This document shows positions 60,553 to 64,000 of a stretch of 64,000 bases of DNA, piece by piece (the stretch's first letter is position 1; each line of letters starts with the position of its first letter). The stretch is from Pristiophorus japonicus. Taxonomy: Eukaryota. Where the stretch lies: NCBI RefSeq assembly GCF_044704955.1, contig NC_091982.1, positions 20,894,001 through 20,958,000 on the forward strand. The letters run 5' to 3'. The notes beneath the pieces were generated by a model. That model worked only from the letters and a program-made list of their open reading frames with translations, searched no databases and was not told where the DNA came from. Made by a program: the position numbers and the translations under genes.

Positions 60553-63421
60553 GAGCACCTCAGACAAGGAGGGCACGGAGCTGAGATACAGCACCTCAGA
60601 CACTGAGGGCAGGGAGCTGAGATACAGCACCTCAGACACTGAGGGCAGGGGGCTGAGATACAGCACCTCAGACACTGAGGGCAGGGAGCTGAGATACAGC
60701 ACCTCAGACACTGAGGGCAGGGAGCTGAGATACAGCACCTCAGACACTGAGGGCAGGGAGCTGAGATACAGCACCTCAGACACTGAGGGCAGGGAGCTGA
60801 GATACAGCACCTCAGATACTGAGGGCAGGGAGCTGAGATACAGCAACACCTCAGACACTGAGGGCAGGGAGCTGAGATACAGCAACACCTCAGACACTGA
60901 GGGCAGGGAGCTGAGATACAGCAACACCTCAGACACTGAGGGCAGGGAACTGAGATACAGCAACACCTCAGACACTGAGGGCAGGGAGCTGAGATACAGC
61001 AACACCTCAGACACTGAGGGCAGGGAGCTGAGATACAGCAACACCTCAGACACTGAGGGCAGGGAGCTGAGATACAGCACCTCAGACACTGAGGGCAGGG
61101 GGCTGAGATACAGCAACACCTCAGACACTGAGGGCAGGGAGCTGAGATACAGCACCTCAGACACTGGGGGCAGGGGGCTGAGATACAGCAACACCTCAGA
61201 CACTGAGGGCAGGGAGCTGAGATACAGCAACACCTCAGACACTGAGGGCAGGGAGCTGAGATACAGCAACACCTCAGACACTGAGGGCAGGGAGCTGAGA
61301 TACAGCACCTCAGACACTGAGGGCAGGGAGCTGAGATACAGCACCTCAGACACTGAGGGCAGGGAGCTGAGATACAGTACCTCAGACACTGAGGGCAGGG
61401 GGCTGAGATACAGCACCTCAGACACTGAGGGCAGGGAGCTGAGATACAGCAACACCTCAGACACTGAGGGCAGGGAGCTGAGATACAGTACCTCAGACAC
61501 TGAGGGCAGGGAGCTGAGATACAGTACCTCAGACACTGAGGGCAGGGAACTGAGATACAGCAACACCTCAGACACTGAGGGCAGGGAGCTGAGATACAGT
61601 ACCTCAGACACTGAGGGCAGGGGGCTGAGATACAGTACCTCAGACACTGAGGGCAGGGAACTGAGATACAGCAACACCTCAGACACTGAGGGCAGGGAGC
61701 TGAGATACAGTACCTCAGACACTGAGGGCAGGGGGCTGAGATACAGCACCTCAGACACTGAGGGCAGGGAACTGAGATACAGCAACACCTCAGACACTGA
61801 GGGCAAGGAGCTGAGATACAGCAACACCTCAGACACTGAGGGCAGGGAGCTGAGATACAGTACCTCAGACACTGAGGGCAGGGAGCTGAGATACAGCAAC
61901 ACCTCAGACACTGAGGGCAGGGGGCTGAGATACAGCACCTCAGACACTGAGGGCAGGGAACTGAGATACAGCAACACCTCAGACACTGAGGGCAGGGAGC
62001 TGAGATGCAGCAACACCTCAGACACTGAGGGCAGGGAGCTGAGATACAGTACCTCAGACACTGAGGGCAGGGAGCTGAGATACAGCAACACCTCAGACAC
62101 TGAGGGCAGGGAGCTGAGATACAGCACCTCAGATACTGAGGGCAGGGAGCTGAGATACAGTACCTCAGACACTGAGGGCAGGGAGCTGAGATACAGCAAC
62201 ACCTCAGACACTGAGGGCAGGGAGCTGAGATACAGTACCTCAGATACTGAGGGCAGGGAGCTGAGATACAGCACCTCAGACACTGAGGGCAGGGAGCTGA
62301 GATACAGTACCTCAGACACTGAGGGCAGGGGGCTGAGATACAGCACCTCAGACACTGAGGGCAGGGAGCTGAGATACAGTACCTCAGACACTGAGGGCAG
62401 GGAGCTGAGATACAGCACCTCAGACACTGAGGGCAGGGAGCTGAGATACAGTACCTCAGACACTGAGGGCAGGGGGCTGAGATACAGCACCTCAGACACT
62501 GGGGGCAGGGAGCTGAGATACAGCAACACCTCAGACACTGAGGGCAGGGAACTGAGATACAGCAACACCTCAGACACTGAGGGCAGGGAGCTGAGATACA
62601 GCAACACCTCAGACACTGAGGGCAGGGAGCTGAGATACAGTACCTCAGACACTGAGGGCAGGGAGCTGAGATACAACACCTCAGACACTGAGGGCAGGGA
62701 GCTGAGATACAGTACCTCAGACACTGAGGGCAGGGAGCTGAGATACAGCAACACCTCAGACACTGAGGGCAGGGAGCTGAGATACAGTACCTCAGACACT
62801 GAGGGCAGGGAGCTGAGATACAGTACCTCAGACACTGAGGGCAGGGAGCTGAGATACAACACCTCAGACACTGAGGGCAGGGAGCTGAGATACAGTACCT
62901 CAGACACTGAGGGCAGGGGGCTGAGATACAGCAACACCTCAGATACTGAGGGCAGGGAGCTGAGATACAGCAACACCTCAGACACTGAGGGCAGGGAGCT
63001 GAGATACAGCAACACCTCAGATACTGAGGGCAGGGAGCTGAGATACAGCAACACCTCAGACACTGAGGGCAGGGAGCTGAGATACAGTACCTCAGACACT
63101 GAGGGCAGGGAGCTGAGATACAACACCTCAGACACTGAGGGCAGGGAGCTGAGATACAGCAACACCTCAGACACTGAGGGCAGGGAACTGAGATACAACA
63201 CCTCAGACACTGAGGGCAGGGAGCTGAGATACAGTACCTCAGACACTGAGGGCAGGGGGCTGAGATACAGCAACACCTCAGACACTGAGGGCAGGGAGCT
63301 GAGATACAGCAACACCTCAGACACTGAGGGCAGGGAGCTGAGATACAGCAACACCTCAGACACTGGGGGCAGGGAGCTGAGATACAGCAACACCTCAGAC
63401 ACTGAGGGCATGGAACTGAGA
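60553..63421. repeat. Minisatellite (VNTR-like), 36/39-bp unit, roughly 75-80 copies
   Basis: Unit GAGATACAGC(AAC)ACCTCAGACACTGAGGGCAGGGAGCT with interspersed variants (AGT/AAC, GGGGCT, GAACT, GATACT). Confidence 0.98.
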
Positions 63422-63429
63422 CTGAGGAC

Positions 63430-63685
63430 AGGGTTAAATAAAACCTCCCGGTGAAGCCGCCGAGCGGGGAATCTCGCGCGGGCCGGGCCTAGTCTCGCGG
63501 GATCCTGGTTTTGGGGGCGGGGCGGGGCGAGCGCGGCTCACGTGATCCCGGCGGAAATGGCGGACAGTAACGGTGCTGACGACTCCAATCTGGTTTGAAA
63601 AAATGAAGTCACGCAGCTTGTCGCGTGTCCATTGAAGGGCTTGACCGGAGGCTTCCTCCCACGGACAGGAACACCAAGACTCAGA
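63430..63685 (+). promoter_or_regulatory. CpG-island-type promoter / 5' UTR of the MTMR gene
   Basis: CpG-dense. TCTCGCG motifs at 63472 and 63493, tandem GC boxes at 63513-63529, TCACGTGA at 63538-63545, and CGGAAATGGCGG (ETS/YY1-like) at ~63552-63563. Confidence 0.8.
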
Positions 63686-63709
63686 ATGGAGCACATTATA
63701 ACACCCAAG
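63686..63709 (+). CDS. mtmr8: Myotubularin-related protein MTMR6/7/8 subfamily, coding exon 1 (MEHIITPK)
   Basis: AGAATGG Kozak context, then ATG GAG CAC ATT ATA ACA CCC AAG|GTACGG donor. Matches the N-termini MEHIRTTK/MEHIRTPK/MDHITVPK of MTMR6/7/8 and their 8-codon first exon. Choosing mtmr8 among the paralogs is inference. Confidence 0.72.
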
Positions 63710-63774
63710 GTACGGAGCGTTGTCGGCGGGAGGGGAGGGTGGTCAGTCGGTGCCGGGAGAGCAGGGGCTGCGTT

Positions 63775-64000
63775 CCTCACCTCCCCCTCACCCTCTCCCC
63801 CCTCTCCCCCTCTCCCCCCCTCCCCCTCTCTCCCCCTCCACCTCACCCCACCTCACCTCACCCCCTTCTCCTTCCTCCCTTCCTCCCCCCCCCTTCTCCT
63901 CCCTTCACCCCCCCCCCCCTTCTCCTCCCTTCACCCCCCCCTTCTCCTCCCTTCACCCCCCCCCCTTCTCCTCCCTTCACCCCCCCCCTTCTCCTCCCTT
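63775..64000. repeat. C/T-rich low-complexity tract with ~22-25-bp CTTCTCCTCCCTTCA(C)n repeats in MTMR intron 1
   Basis: Direct reading; runs to the window end. Confidence 0.9.

Noticed and set aside
60553-63421. CRISPR-like array (36-39-bp units with an internal palindrome)
   Set aside because: Units are head-to-tail with no unique spacers, there are no cas genes, and the context is eukaryotic.
60097-63454. 996-aa and 1104-aa ORFs as genuine genes
   Set aside because: Fully explained by stop-free repeat units in multiples of three. Their non-repeat ends run through SINE and CR1 debris. Kept only as a low-scoring finding.

Overview
Vertebrate genomic DNA, most likely from a shark or other cartilaginous fish (inferred from HER1/CR1-type LINEs and DeuSINE/SacSINE1-like SINEs); nothing here is prokaryotic. 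Two host genes are visible, each only as a first coding exon, and they point away from each other. A Shisa1/2/3-family gene (best match Shisa1-like; coding exon 6527-6815, minus strand) has positions 1-6526 as its intron 1. An MTMR6/7/8 myotubularin gene (coding exon 63686-63709, MEHIITPK, plus strand) sits behind a CpG-rich promoter. The ~57 kb between them is mostly transposon debris: six Mag-like Gypsy LTR elements (five with readable 5-bp TSDs, two nested in other Gypsy elements), two solo LTRs, many CR1/L2/RTE LINE and SINE fragments, a Harbinger-type MITE, a Penelope-type minimal hammerhead ribozyme remnant, and a 2.9-kb 36/39-bp minisatellite abutting the MTMR promoter. The Shisa intron holds a decayed PIF/Harbinger transposon and a second MITE. 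The best leads are a gag-protease-only LTR element with a YY1-rich cargo region, a near-colinear chimeric RT junction created by nesting plus deletion, an inverted LTR clock in a nested pair, CTCF-like motifs across several LTR families, and CAT/ATG-flanked Harbinger elements. I see no clear evidence of a wholly new biological system. All alignments and counts were done by eye.
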